The position numbers and the translations under genes were made by a program. This document shows, in pieces, positions 1 through 12,000 of a DNA stretch of 64,000 bases (positions are counted from its first letter, which is position 1; every line of letters begins with the position of its first letter). The notes beneath the pieces were generated by a model. The model was not told the origin of the DNA. It was given only the letters and a program-made list of their open reading frames with translations, and made no database searches. The stretch spans positions 32,001 to 96,000 of the IMG/VR virus record IMGVR_UViG_3300033273_000833; one strand, 5' to 3'. The DNA comes from a virus. Lineage: Duplodnaviria; Caudoviricetes.

Positions 1-6
1 TATAAT

Positions 7-1125
7 ATGAAGTTAATAAATGTAGTATTATTTTTTGTTTCAGCTCAACTAGCTTTTTCTTTTGCTCCAAGCTCTCTTAAGGACGCAACATTTGAAGTAG
101 TTGGCGACTATACGTACTTACATTTACTTCACCCAGATTATTTTGATGCAGCGCTTTACGGCACCAAGTCTAAATACTCTATAAAATTTAAGAAAAATAA
201 TCAAGCAGTCTTATTCGAAGAAGGATTAAACACAGCTACATATGAATATTATTACAAAAAAAATAGTGATACGTCCGCCTCCTTAACTATTGAAACTACA
301 TACAGCACAACAATTTTAGTAAACTTAACCTTTTCTTCTGATTCTTCAGGTACAGGCAGTTATACAGAAACTCATATTTCTAATGAAGTATGGTCTAGAA
401 GTAATTTATCTTTTACATTTACGCAGCTCCTTGATCTAAATAATCCAAACAATTGGTATTTGTTCGGAGGTTACTGGCACCAGCCATCTACGAACACCTA
501 CGTAACTCCTTCGAAATTTGGTAACGGTGCTGGTTATATAAAAGAGGGAGAAAGGAAGATAATTAACGATACTACTATACCTGCAGATCATTTAAGGTGG
601 TTTAAATTTGCAAACAAATACTACTGGCAACAAGCTAATAATATTTTTATTACGATTTCTGATTTCACTCAAGGTAACTTTGATAACGTATTCAAACTAT
701 CTAACGAAGAAATCGATCAAATAGTCGCGGAAGATACTTCTTGGTATAAGTTTGGACGTGAGTATTATAACCCCAAAATGAATATCACAGTGCTAGATAC
801 GGATGTAGATAACTCTGAATACGCTGACGAAATTAAAACGTATTTTAGCAATGAACCTCGATCTCCATATTATGGATATAAGTCACAAAAATCAGATCAG
901 GAAGTCATTGCTGACCCATCATACACGCCGATACAAAATAACGCAGGATTCTTTCTTAGTGATGGTTGGATTTTTTCTCCTAAACATGGTTGGATTTTCA
1001 CAAACTCTACCATTTACCCTTATTTCTATCTCAATAAAACCAACTCTTGGTACTGCTATAAGATGGAAGAGGGCTCATCAATGGTATATGATTACAAGTT
1101 AAACAACTGGATCTTTGATTTTTAA
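7..1125 (+). CDS. Secreted/surface protein with three 48-aa W-Y/F-x-F repeats and an aromatic C-terminal domain
   Basis: Signal peptide MKLINVVLFFVSAQLAFSFA; W150, W198 and W246 start similar motifs; C-terminal GWIFSPKHGWIFT..YPYFY..SWY..YDY..W resembles termini I recall from Opitutales surface proteins. Confidence 0.55.
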   Translation: MKLINVVLFFVSAQLAFSFAPSSLKDATFEVVGDYTYLHLLHPDYFDAALYGTKSKYSIKFKKNNQAVLFEEGLNTATYEYYYKKNSDTSASLTIETTYSTTILVNLTFSSDSSGTGSYTETHISNEVWSRSNLSFTFTQLLDLNNPNNWYLFGGYWHQPSTNTYVTPSKFGNGAGYIKEGERKIINDTTIPADHLRWFKFANKYYWQQANNIFITISDFTQGNFDNVFKLSNEEIDQIVAEDTSWYKFGREYYNPKMNITVLDTDVDNSEYADEIKTYFSNEPRSPYYGYKSQKSDQEVIADPSYTPIQNNAGFFLSDGWIFSPKHGWIFTNSTIYPYFYLNKTNSWYCYKMEEGSSMVYDYKLNNWIFDF

Positions 1126-1134
1126 ATACAATAA

Positions 1135-1140
1135 GTGTAA
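1135..1140 (+). promoter_or_regulatory. GTGTAA putative late-promoter motif
   Basis: GTGTAA-N8-ATG(1149). Confidence 0.7.
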
Positions 1141-1148
1141 TATTCTAT

Positions 1149-2300
1149 ATGAGTATTGCGCGATTTAGTGATCTTCCAGAAAAAAATAATCCATCAACAG
1201 GAGATTATGTTGTAGGTTATGAAAAATCTTCATTTATGGATGAAAAGAAGTATTCAATAAAAGAATTATTCTCTTTATACTCCTCACTAGATCAAGAAAT
1301 CTCAGGTAAGCGAATTTTTCATAATATTGAATACGCTGGAGGTCTTACTATCGACGATATTTCAGGCGTAGATAAACAAGTTTCAAAAATCGTCAAACAA
1401 ACCCCTATAGAATTTATTGGCGAAGCGGATGGTTTTACGACTCCTAGAGCTTGGATAAATGAAATACATTACGATAATAGATGCGTAGACATAAAAGAGT
1501 TCGTAGAAGTCTGTGGGCATACAGGTCTAGACCCAAGAAGATTAACCATTATACATTATAAGTCAGATGGGTACATGTACCAAACCCATCAATTTTGCGA
1601 AAAAGATGGATGCGTCGATCCAGAGCCTTTTGCTTACACGCTAACAGGAACATCATTTGAAAACGTTGTCGGGGACTTTGGTTTTGAAGCAGCGCCAATG
1701 TCTGGGATATCTAATGATACTGACTATGGTTTTGCTTTAGTTTATGACTACCAAGAAACTGGAGAAAGAGTCTTGCAATTAATAAGTTATGAAGGTAGTG
1801 GTCAACAAATTTCTTTTGTAGCAAAAGACGGCCCTGCGTCAGGGATGAGATCCCACGACATTATAGCTATCCAAGACCCAGATGTTCAAGAAATTTTATG
1901 CGAAGAATTAAGAACTCTTCAGCTTTTTGGCACAGGTAATAGATATTCTGATTTTGAATGGAGATTCCCAACAGAGCATCAATTAGAAACAAGCGGATAC
2001 TTAAACCACGATCAAGGATTCAAAACTATAGATGGAGATAAAGATCGGCTACCTTTTGAATCAAGGCTTGGAGTTAACACAAAAAACCCCTTAGATACAT
2101 TACATGTTAAAGGGGGGATCACAGCAGAGGGTAATTTATTAATTTATGGCCCCGACTCAGGACATTATGGACAACACAGAAAAACTCTAGTTAGAATTGA
2201 AAACCTACCTTCAGAACAAGACTTTCATAATATACCACCAAACACGCTATATAGAAGTGGACATCATTTAATGGTAAAACCAACAGACTTAAGAGACTAA
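1149..2300 (+). CDS. Probable virion/fibre protein with lamin-tail-like (LTD) module
   Basis: N-terminal ARFSDLP; central WINEIHYDN..EFVEVCG..LISYEG..GPASG..S.DI; C-terminal LGVNTKNPLDTLHVKG fibre-type motif. Confidence 0.55.
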   Translation: MSIARFSDLPEKNNPSTGDYVVGYEKSSFMDEKKYSIKELFSLYSSLDQEISGKRIFHNIEYAGGLTIDDISGVDKQVSKIVKQTPIEFIGEADGFTTPRAWINEIHYDNRCVDIKEFVEVCGHTGLDPRRLTIIHYKSDGYMYQTHQFCEKDGCVDPEPFAYTLTGTSFENVVGDFGFEAAPMSGISNDTDYGFALVYDYQETGERVLQLISYEGSGQQISFVAKDGPASGMRSHDIIAIQDPDVQEILCEELRTLQLFGTGNRYSDFEWRFPTEHQLETSGYLNHDQGFKTIDGDKDRLPFESRLGVNTKNPLDTLHVKGGITAEGNLLIYGPDSGHYGQHRKTLVRIENLPSEQDFHNIPPNTLYRSGHHLMVKPTDLRD

Positions 2301-2301
2301 A

Positions 2302-2736
2302 ATGGGACCAATACTAAATACAATAATAGGAGCGGGAATAAAAATAGGAGTTAACCTTATTAACGCTTGGTTAATGCAAAAGCATCAAGCTCAAATGTTG
2401 ATGGCGGCGAGAGACCAAGCTTTAGTAGAAGCGTTACTTAAAAATCAATCAGAACAAGCTAAAGATCCTTTTGTTAAAGTAACTAGAAGGGTTTTATTCA
2501 TGAGTATAACATTCACTATGTGCTTTCTGATGATTTACTACGCCTTAAACCCTGGAATTTCATATGATGTAATAGTACCTAAAGGTGATGGAGCTAGATG
2601 GAGTATTTTTTCTTGGATTTTTGGTGGAAAAGAATGGGAGATGGTTCAGATGACAGGAGGGCTACTTTTAAGTTCTTTTTTTGATCTTTGTTTTATGGTT
2701 GTGGGTTTTTATGCAGTACCCAGTAAAATGAGATGA
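2302..2736 (+). CDS. Multi-pass membrane protein, holin-like
   Basis: 144 aa with about three hydrophobic segments, next to a lipoprotein gene. Confidence 0.4.
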   Translation: MGPILNTIIGAGIKIGVNLINAWLMQKHQAQMLMAARDQALVEALLKNQSEQAKDPFVKVTRRVLFMSITFTMCFLMIYYALNPGISYDVIVPKGDGARWSIFSWIFGGKEWEMVQMTGGLLLSSFFDLCFMVVGFYAVPSKMR

Positions 2737-3032
2737 AATACTTAATACTAATAACACTACTTTTATCATCTTGTTTTTCAGCTAATATAAAAAACAGTAA
2801 AAATTACATTAAAGATGAGACTATAACTTTAGAAACAATAGACACAAACCGAGACGGCAATTTATCTATATCAGAAATTAATTCATTTAAGAGACAATCA
2901 ACATCAAACAAATCAGATCCATTCAAGATATTTTTAGTTTTAATTAGTTTAGTTTTATTAATATCATCGTCTCCTTATGTAATAAATTCAATTAAGAATA
3001 AGTATGTCTCTAAGAATAAACAGAAGGAATAA
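2733..3032 (+). CDS. Lipoprotein with EF-hand loop and C-terminal TM (u-spanin-like architecture)
   Basis: Lipobox LLSS-C14; DTNRDGNLSISE (residues 37-48); C-terminal hydrophobic IFLVLISLVLLISS followed by a basic tail. Confidence 0.5.
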   Translation: MKYLILITLLLSSCFSANIKNSKNYIKDETITLETIDTNRDGNLSISEINSFKRQSTSNKSDPFKIFLVLISLVLLISSSPYVINSIKNKYVSKNKQKE

Positions 3033-6000
3033 TTTTCTAGAGATCAAAGAGGGTTCTAATTTAAAAATATTCAGAGCCCCAACTAGAGACCCCAATCAAA
3101 TCCCTGATCATGATTTTGCATACCACTTAGGCTATCATAATGGAAACAATTATGGCCTATCATCAAACCCACAATTTCATGTTAATTCTGACAGCGAATA
3201 CTATAGCAGCTCTGCGCTAAAATTTAATGGCACTGAATTTTTAGAGAGTAAAGAAATTAATCTATTAAACAAAAACAGTTTTTCTATTTCTACATGGGTC
3301 AACACAGAATCAGAGTTAGAAGAATTCCTAGTAACTGATGTAGATTCGTCAGGCGACGGTTCATTTTATTTAAAATCTAATAACGCCAGCGGTAGGCCAG
3401 AATTTGGAATATATAATGGAGTTAATGAGTTTGCATATGTAACTGGAAATAGTGGCATAAATGATGGTGATTGGCATCTAATTAACATTAATTTTAGCTG
3501 CGATAAACCAAACGAAGAAGTTTCTATAGAATTATACATAGATTCTTTTCTTCAAGAATCAAAATCTCTTAGCGGGATTCTTCATTTAGATTCTTTGTCT
3601 GGTAACGGCTTATGGGAAACAAGAAAACTTGAGGCTTCAAAATTAACAGACGACGATCAAACTTCATACATAGAAATGACTAACAGTCAAGAAGAATCAG
3701 ATCTGTATTTCGCTGAACCAATCACTGGAGGGATAGATAAAATAAGGTATCGAGCCATCAATGACGAAGCTAACTTTGGGGAAATCAAAACCTCATTAAT
3801 ATTAAAAAATAAAGACACGTCAGAAATTTCGACATGGGAACTCCAATCTTTCAAAAGCTCCAACTTTGATAACCAAAAAGCAATCAGCAACCCAACCCCT
3901 TTATATTTTGGACAAACTCCATTTCCACCACCCATACCAGAAAAAGGAATATCTTACGGCCCAGTAGAAAGCGTCTTCACCGCAGGCTGCCCATCAGAAT
4001 GCTTGTCGTATGATAATAGTTTGAAAACTTGGTTTCCAATACAGGATTACAGCATTTCATCGCCTCATGCAAGTAGAGTTATTATAAATATCCCCACAAT
4101 AAAACAATATGTATATGCTGGAAGCCCAAAAATTACAATCCAAGCAGGCGGAGTTTTTACGATTTACAGCAGCCACATAAACTCAAGCACAACTTTAAAC
4201 GTTATCTTTCTACCAATTGGATCCACCCCAAGCCTGACAGTAAACGAAACAACTAATACCATAGATATATCATACCCAAAAAGAAATTCATATTTTAGTT
4301 CAACAGATCCAGCCCTAGTAGATATACTAAACTTTATTAATAATCAAGATAACTTTACAGCAACAACAACAGCTACGACTTACTATAAAAATCAACCCAT
4401 GCGTGGATTAAATGACGGATCATACCAAGCAACAGATGAAACTGAATCCACAAACCCACAAGCCCATTATCCACTAAGAGCTGAAGACGCAAGAGATTAC
4501 GAAACAAACAGCTCTGGCGACGTCATCAACCACGAAGAGCAATATATATACGCAAACTTCAACACCTGGCAAACTGAAGCTCCCTTTCTATATGGACACG
4601 ATTGGGACTCGGCAAACTTTACAAACTACGAAATACTAGGTATTCGCTATCATTACAGCTCAGAACTATCAAATAGCTCAACAAATGGGATGACATTTTC
4701 AAGAATCATTGAATTTGGACTATACTTAAATAACACAGAATATGATTTATGGACATTTCTTCCCCTCAATAACTTTTCAGGATTAACTTCCAATATAAAC
4801 AATCAAAATAATTTCACAATAGGATCGTCTTCTTCAAATAACAAAGAAAAGTTTTATAAAGGAGAAATAGATCAATTAATTATTTTTGATAAAACAATCT
4901 CTCAAGATGAAATAAATTTTTTATATAATAATAATAGAGATAATGTATCGTACTCGAAAGAGCTAGCTGAAGACATGAAGGTAATTTCTTGGTATGACTT
5001 TGCTAATTCCGAAATTGTTGGATGGGACAGGCATTATAGAAAATCAGAAAAAAATGTAGCAAGACTTTATCACCTAAACAACACCAGAAAAGACTCAAGT
5101 TCATATGCAGTATTGCCTGAAGAATTTGGCGATATACAATATTCTAATGATGTTTTTAAGTTTTCTGATTATTCTGCATATTTCGACGGAGAAACTTATT
5201 TATTCGACGAAGGAGGTAAAGAACTTTCTTTTCATGGGAATTTTACAATAGATGTTTTCTTAAATTTTGCTCAAATACCAGGCGCAGACAGACAGGAGTT
5301 ATTAAGAACAAATCATTTCAAAAAAACAGGAACAAGTTTAAGTATTTATTTCCAAAACAATAGGTTATATTTCGACATGTATTTAGGTCTCAAGCAATTC
5401 ATGTTTATAGAAAGTAATGAGCTAGATATTTCTACTGACATTTTTTTTCATGTCGCAATATGTAGAGACAGGGAAAATGTTTATCTATTTTTTGATCGAA
5501 AGATTTGCGGACAAGCATCATTCCCATATTACCTACCAATTGATAACGCTTCAGAAGGTTTATATATTTTTAATGAATTTAATGGGTATGCTCAAGATTT
5601 CAGAATTATTACCGAAGCTTGTTTATATCAACCTGAAAAAGATATTGATGAGTTTACCAATAGGCTTAGTTCCGAATTTTATGAAAGAAACATTTTAACC
5701 ACTACATCACACTATCCAATAACTAAAAAAGTAGAATTTAATGATAGTGACGGCATATACATACCGTCAAAACATTTCATCGAAACCGCTCATGACCACA
5801 AAGCGTTTAATTTTCATAAAAACAGTTTCTCAATAATTGGCTGGTTCAGATTAGAAAACTTAATTAAATCTGGCTTCATATTAGGCTCCTGGAACGACGA
5901 AGGGGGAAACAGTCATAGTTACGCAATTAGGTACGTTAAAAACTTCAGAGACCAAGTAAACACTTTGGTGTTTCTCGCATCTGAAGATGGTACTAACTTT

Positions 6001-9000
6001 AGATCCGTTAGAACAATTAAGTTAAAAAATAATATAATGCGATCCGATAGATGGTATTTTTTCGCAGTAACTTATGATACTAATACTCAAAAATTAAAGT
6101 TTTTCTTATACGATCAACTTAGCTTTATAGATTCAAGCGAAGGTTTAGTAAATCAATTTTTTACTATATCGAGAAGAGACGACTTCCAAATTAATGGAGT
6201 AAAACACACCGAAGAAAGTGATACTTTTTTAGATATGTCTTTATCTCAATTATTCTTTTTAAACAAGCCAGCCTCTTTAGCTGAAATCGAGTCCTTCTGG
6301 AATTCTGGGGGAGGAATAAAATACAAAGAATCAATAGACTTAAATCGCTATGTTATAGCTTGGTTCGATTTCCCAGAAGGCTCCTTATTAGACCTACACA
6401 ACCAGAACCATTTAACTTCTTCTACAGCTTTTACAATTACAGAAGGTAGACGTAAGTTAGAAGCTAAAGATGATGAGGCTGAGATATTTTTAGTAAAGCC
6501 AACTATAGGTAATAATATATTATTTAATCTAGCTGAACATCGGCCCACATACGAAACTAACGGTATAAACAATCTACATTCTTTGCAATTTGATCAAACA
6601 AAAACCCCCTTCTTAGACTCTAATTTTACTTTAAACTTTAATACAGATTTTTCTTTTTATTTTTGCTTCAAATCTTCTGGAACAAATTCAGAGTTTAGGC
6701 CAATTGTAGATTTTTCTAATTCAGCAACACAGGGGCTATCAGTTTTATGGAAAGATACTCCAGAATCAAACTACCCAGGAATTTTAAAATTAATTGTAAA
6801 CAATCAAGAATTAGTATTTGAAAACGAACCTTTTATTAGAGACATAAATGTTGTAAACATAGAATGGAACAGAAAGAAGGAAAGAGTATTTTTATCATTA
6901 AATAACTCTAGACTTTCATCAGCTCCAAAGTCTCTAAAAAATACAGCAATCCATTTAAATTTTTCACAGACACCCATGTCTCTAGGCAAGTTTTATTATG
7001 ATAGCGAAAACGAATTAGGTAATTTCAACGGATTCCTTTCTGAGATATTATACCACTATGGATTAGCTCAAGTAGAAACACTTCAGTATTTTTCAGACAA
7101 ATATAACGCAATTCATCCTGGCACTAGCCCAGAGTATATATATGACGATGATGAACCTGCTATATTTTTTAATGTATCACAAATTAAACAATACATACAA
7201 GAAGGAACTAGCTATCTAGGAAGAATTCAATGCTCTCTATCAAATCCTATTTACTCAACAATTGAAAATAGCAATATTACAATTAACGAAAATGGAGACA
7301 TCTATTTAATAAGTCCAGCAGATAGAGATATAGATTCGTATCAGTATACAGTCATAACTTCAGACCAAGACTCAGATATTGAACAGTCTATGAGCTTTAT
7401 CACTTACGTTCAAAAGGACACGGTCATAGCTACTGTAGATACTAGTAATATCAAAACATTCTTAGCTGACAATGAAACCTCAAAAGGGACGGATTTAGGC
7501 TGTTTATCAGCCAACGAATCAGTCACATGGTCAACTCAAGATTCTTTGATAACAATAAACCCATACAGCGGCTGCATTACATTAAATGAAGATATTCCAC
7601 CTGGTACAGAGTCTATAGACTTTACAGTTTCAACATTAGATACAGAGGAAAACATTACTTCGTCAACAATAACCTTAACAATCTACAATCCAATAAGATC
7701 CTCTGAGTTAATATTTAAAAGTTCATACCCAAGTCCCACAATTGAACTAGATTATATACTTGAACCTGGGCAAGAATATATCGAAGTTGACTTCAATGAC
7801 GGCTTAGGCTACAGGTTAGTACATTACAATAATTTAACTTCGCCTATACCATCAAACTTTAGTACAGCAAACATTTTTCACAAAAACTCTCAAATATACA
7901 GCAACTACTTAAACAGCAATTATTGGAACGATTTTAATAAGTCGATACCCTTAATATCTTTACAGGATATCGCCTATCATGAATACGAAGAAAACTCTTT
8001 CGAGCAAGAATCCAGAGTTAAGTCTTATCAATTTATTAATAATTGGCAAGAATCAGATGTGCCAGAATCAGAAAATCTTTACCAAACTTTTAAATTCTCA
8101 GATATAAATCACTCAGACTTTAGTAATGCTCAAAATATAATCAACAATCTAAGTTATAAAATTGACAGGCAGTACCTAGAAGACGAAGATAACATTAATT
8201 ACAATGACAGGCTAGTATGGAGAAGAATTAGATTCACCCTATCCTCTAATCACTACTTTAAAATCAGAGGCAAATTTATATCCCTAAACGCAAGGCGTTA
8301 CGGATATAACGAAGGCGTCGATACGGGTTCTGAAAATCTAGCTGAACTAACTTTAATAGCCGATGAAGACTCAGTTCTGCAAAAGACATCATTTAATGGT
8401 TTTGACATCTCAAATCTTACATTAAATATAGAAACCGATCAATTAGTTGATTTAACAAAGTTTTTACAAGGATGTCGAATTGCAGACATTTCAATAATTA
8501 ATTTCAATACTTCAAATGTACTATGTATGTCAAATTTTGCTTCGAGAATGTACAGCAAAAATACCGTAGACCCAAGTGACTCAAGTCGGTCATTATTACC
8601 TATAAAAAATTTAATACAAAATGACATAGATTTTTCAAATGTATTAACTATTGATAGATTTTTATACGATTCACATGATTTTACCTACTCAAGCCAATTC
8701 AACGCAACACTTATTAATGGATACCAAGAAACCGATGTAACATCCTGCGAAGAAAACTGGGATCAGTGGCTGTTGGATAATAATAGTAACCACGAACACG
8801 ATATTAATTTATCCCAAGCCGATTTCAGCAATTTACTATCTATGAGTGAATCCTTCAGGGGCTGGTGTTCAAATTTTCAAGTCATATTTGATACTCAAAC
8901 TACAAAGACTTATACAAAAGTAAAAAATATGTACAGATGCTTCAGCGAGTGCCAGATCGGCATACATCCAATTTTATCAAATATAGTTAAATTCGTCTCT

Positions 9001-12000
9001 TTATCCAACTATAACCATAGTAGCATTTATCCTACCCAACAAAAAATTGTATCATCATTATCTTATAGATCAAGTGAATACGCTACAGATTATTCATACA
9101 GCAGCTATAGGTCGGAAAGAGACAATTATTTCTTTTTCGAATATTCAGACGAAAGAGTGATTAAGACGACTTATGGCGATACAGGTACAATTATACATAA
9201 CAACAAAGTTTATTCAAATAGCGCAAATCATTATCTACCAGAACTACAAGTCACACCAGTATTAATACCTTTTTTCACAAAAACAACAGTAGATTTAAGC
9301 TTATTCACAAATGGACTCAAAGATATTAGTTATCTATTTAGAGAGTTTTATAGTTTTTCTGATATTAATTTCACAAACCAATTAAAATCAACAAATTTTT
9401 CAGAAGTTATTGATATTAAAAAACTTTTTACTTCTAGTTTCTTGATTCAAAATATAACATTTCCAAATAATTCTAACCTAGCTCCCTCAAACATCAAAGA
9501 TTCCTCAGCTATGTTTAGCGAATGTTACACTTTAAAAAATGTTAACAATTTCGAATACATGTCTATACCAAACTCTGAAAGTTGTGAAAACATGTTTTAT
9601 TATTGCGTAGACCTCAAATCCATAAAAATACCTCACTTAAATAAAGTAAAGTCTCTACATAGAATGTTTTATCATTGCATCAATCTATCATTAATAGAAG
9701 GCTCTACAGATGCATTTGGATACGGAGGCCCTAACTCTACAGGTTTAATTGATCTAGAGGACGGCTCAGAATGCTTTTATAAAAATGAAAAATTAAAAAC
9801 CTTAAACTTATCTAATATAACTTCAACTAAATTATCAAATATTAATAAAATGTTTTATGGTTGCAGAAGACTTTCATCGATTTATATTGGAGAAACATAC
9901 GTCAATGAAGGATCAGCATCTAATAGTGATAAAAATTTCTACCTAGGTAATGTGACCACTGCGAATTTAGCCTTTTTTCAATGTGAATTCTTAAGATGGT
10001 TCTGTCGAAAAGGAGAAAATATTTTTGACATAGAAAGAATTAATTTGCAAAATTGCTCCAGTGCGGTAGGCATCTTCAGATATTGCTTTAGACCTCTTTT
10101 TCTAGACCTTCAAGATGTTATATTAAACCCTTTACGAAGCACTAATACCTACGACTACCCAAATGATATAGGAAAATTCTTACAACCAATAAGCTTTTGG
10201 GATTTTTCGCAAAGCTTAGAGGATAATCTATTAGAAGCCTGCACATATCCAGATAAGTATTCAGAGCTGGTTGATTATTTTTTTCAAGAACAAGACTTAC
10301 TAGACTCTGGAGATTTTGATCTCGCGAGTAAACCTCCTGTATTTAAAAAAGGTACAGAAGTTTCGAATTTCCCTCAAGCCGAAATAGAAGGGTTAGTAGA
10401 CAAAGGTGATTTCAATATTGAAATCATACTTGCTCACAACAGCTCTTTTGATTTAAGATACATAAAAGCGATAATCTCGCCAAACTACGAGCACTATGAT
10501 TTGTTCCTAAACTCACTAACAGACGGAACTTCAATCAATACAGTTAGAATTTTCTGGACTTACTCCACCCACCCGAACGAAAGTTCTATATTAACCAACC
10601 ATTTCGGCACGAGCGCAATTACTCCTTACGAATTTTTTATAGCTCAAGGAGGAAATTACGAAGGAGAATTATGTATCTTTATAAAAGATAGAAACTCAAC
10701 CGTTCAAGATATAATCGAAGCTAATCGGGGTCCAGGCATCAAATTTGAAACTCTGCTTGATGTAGAAGCAGATCCTATCGGCACCTTAGACCTAGACGGG
10801 TCTCCTCAATACTCCTCAGGGAGCTTAAGTAATAGCTCAAATTCTTCATACATTTCCGCTAATTATGCAATTAAGCCTTGGTTTACCTACCGAAGCAATT
10901 TAATTTTAGATTTAAACGAAAACTCTGGAATTAATTTAGCTAACGCTTTTAGAAACTGCACCCTTATTGAAAATGTATTCATAAAAGGCTCTTCAGCAAA
11001 AATAAATAATTTTTCTGGAGCCTTCGGTCACAACACATCACTCAGGTATTGTGACACATCTAGCATAAATTTCTTAGATAATTACACAAGTGAATCTGCT
11101 TTTTTTAACTGCTTAAACCTTAGGCAGGTCAATCTTGGTTCTAATTTCTTACCTCAAAATAATCAAAATAGAAACCTAAGAAGTATGTTCATGTATTGTG
11201 ATTTTTTAGTTAAAATAGATAATGATTGTGCTGATTGGTATGGACCAAACTTAAAAACAATAGAAAACTTGTTTAACAGATGTAGTTTATTAAAGCAAAT
11301 TAATCTATCCAACTTAAGTCCAGTAAAATGTAAATATATGGATTTTGCTTTTCTTTCTTGCACAAGCCTAGAATCTCTCGATTTAACAAACTTCAACAGC
11401 CATAAACTGCAGTCTTTAAAGAGCGCGTTTAGCCACTTATCTTTAAAATCATATTCAGGTCTACTAAATTACTATTACAACCCATCAGCTCTTAGATTAA
11501 ATTACCTACCTTCTGCAAAAATAATTCCTTATACTATTGCATATGAAGACATACTCTACAACTCAAACACAAATACGTCTGTATTTTTTAGTAATTCCTA
11601 CCTAAATATGCTAAGAGAAGGAGATAGATTCACAGAGCTTTTCTCATGCGCTTCAAAATTTGGTCCACTTAAATTCGAAATCCCCGAATTACACAACATT
11701 TCATCAACGCGCGTAGATCTTGATTTATCCAGCCTGGATTTATCGAACGTAAGAGACGCGACCTCACTAGATTCGCTTGATGGAAGCTTGGGTTATAGTA
11801 GCTCCTATGTAAGATACGGCATAGCCAGGAACCCAGACGATACCTTTGATATAGAAGCTCTACACTCTAGAGGCCTGTGGAGACACGATGACTATAATTA
11901 TATCTCAGAAAATACATTAACAATAAATAGTGAAGGAGAAATTACTTCTATAGAAGAACCATTATATATATCAAACTATAACAGTAATTACGAAGACAAT

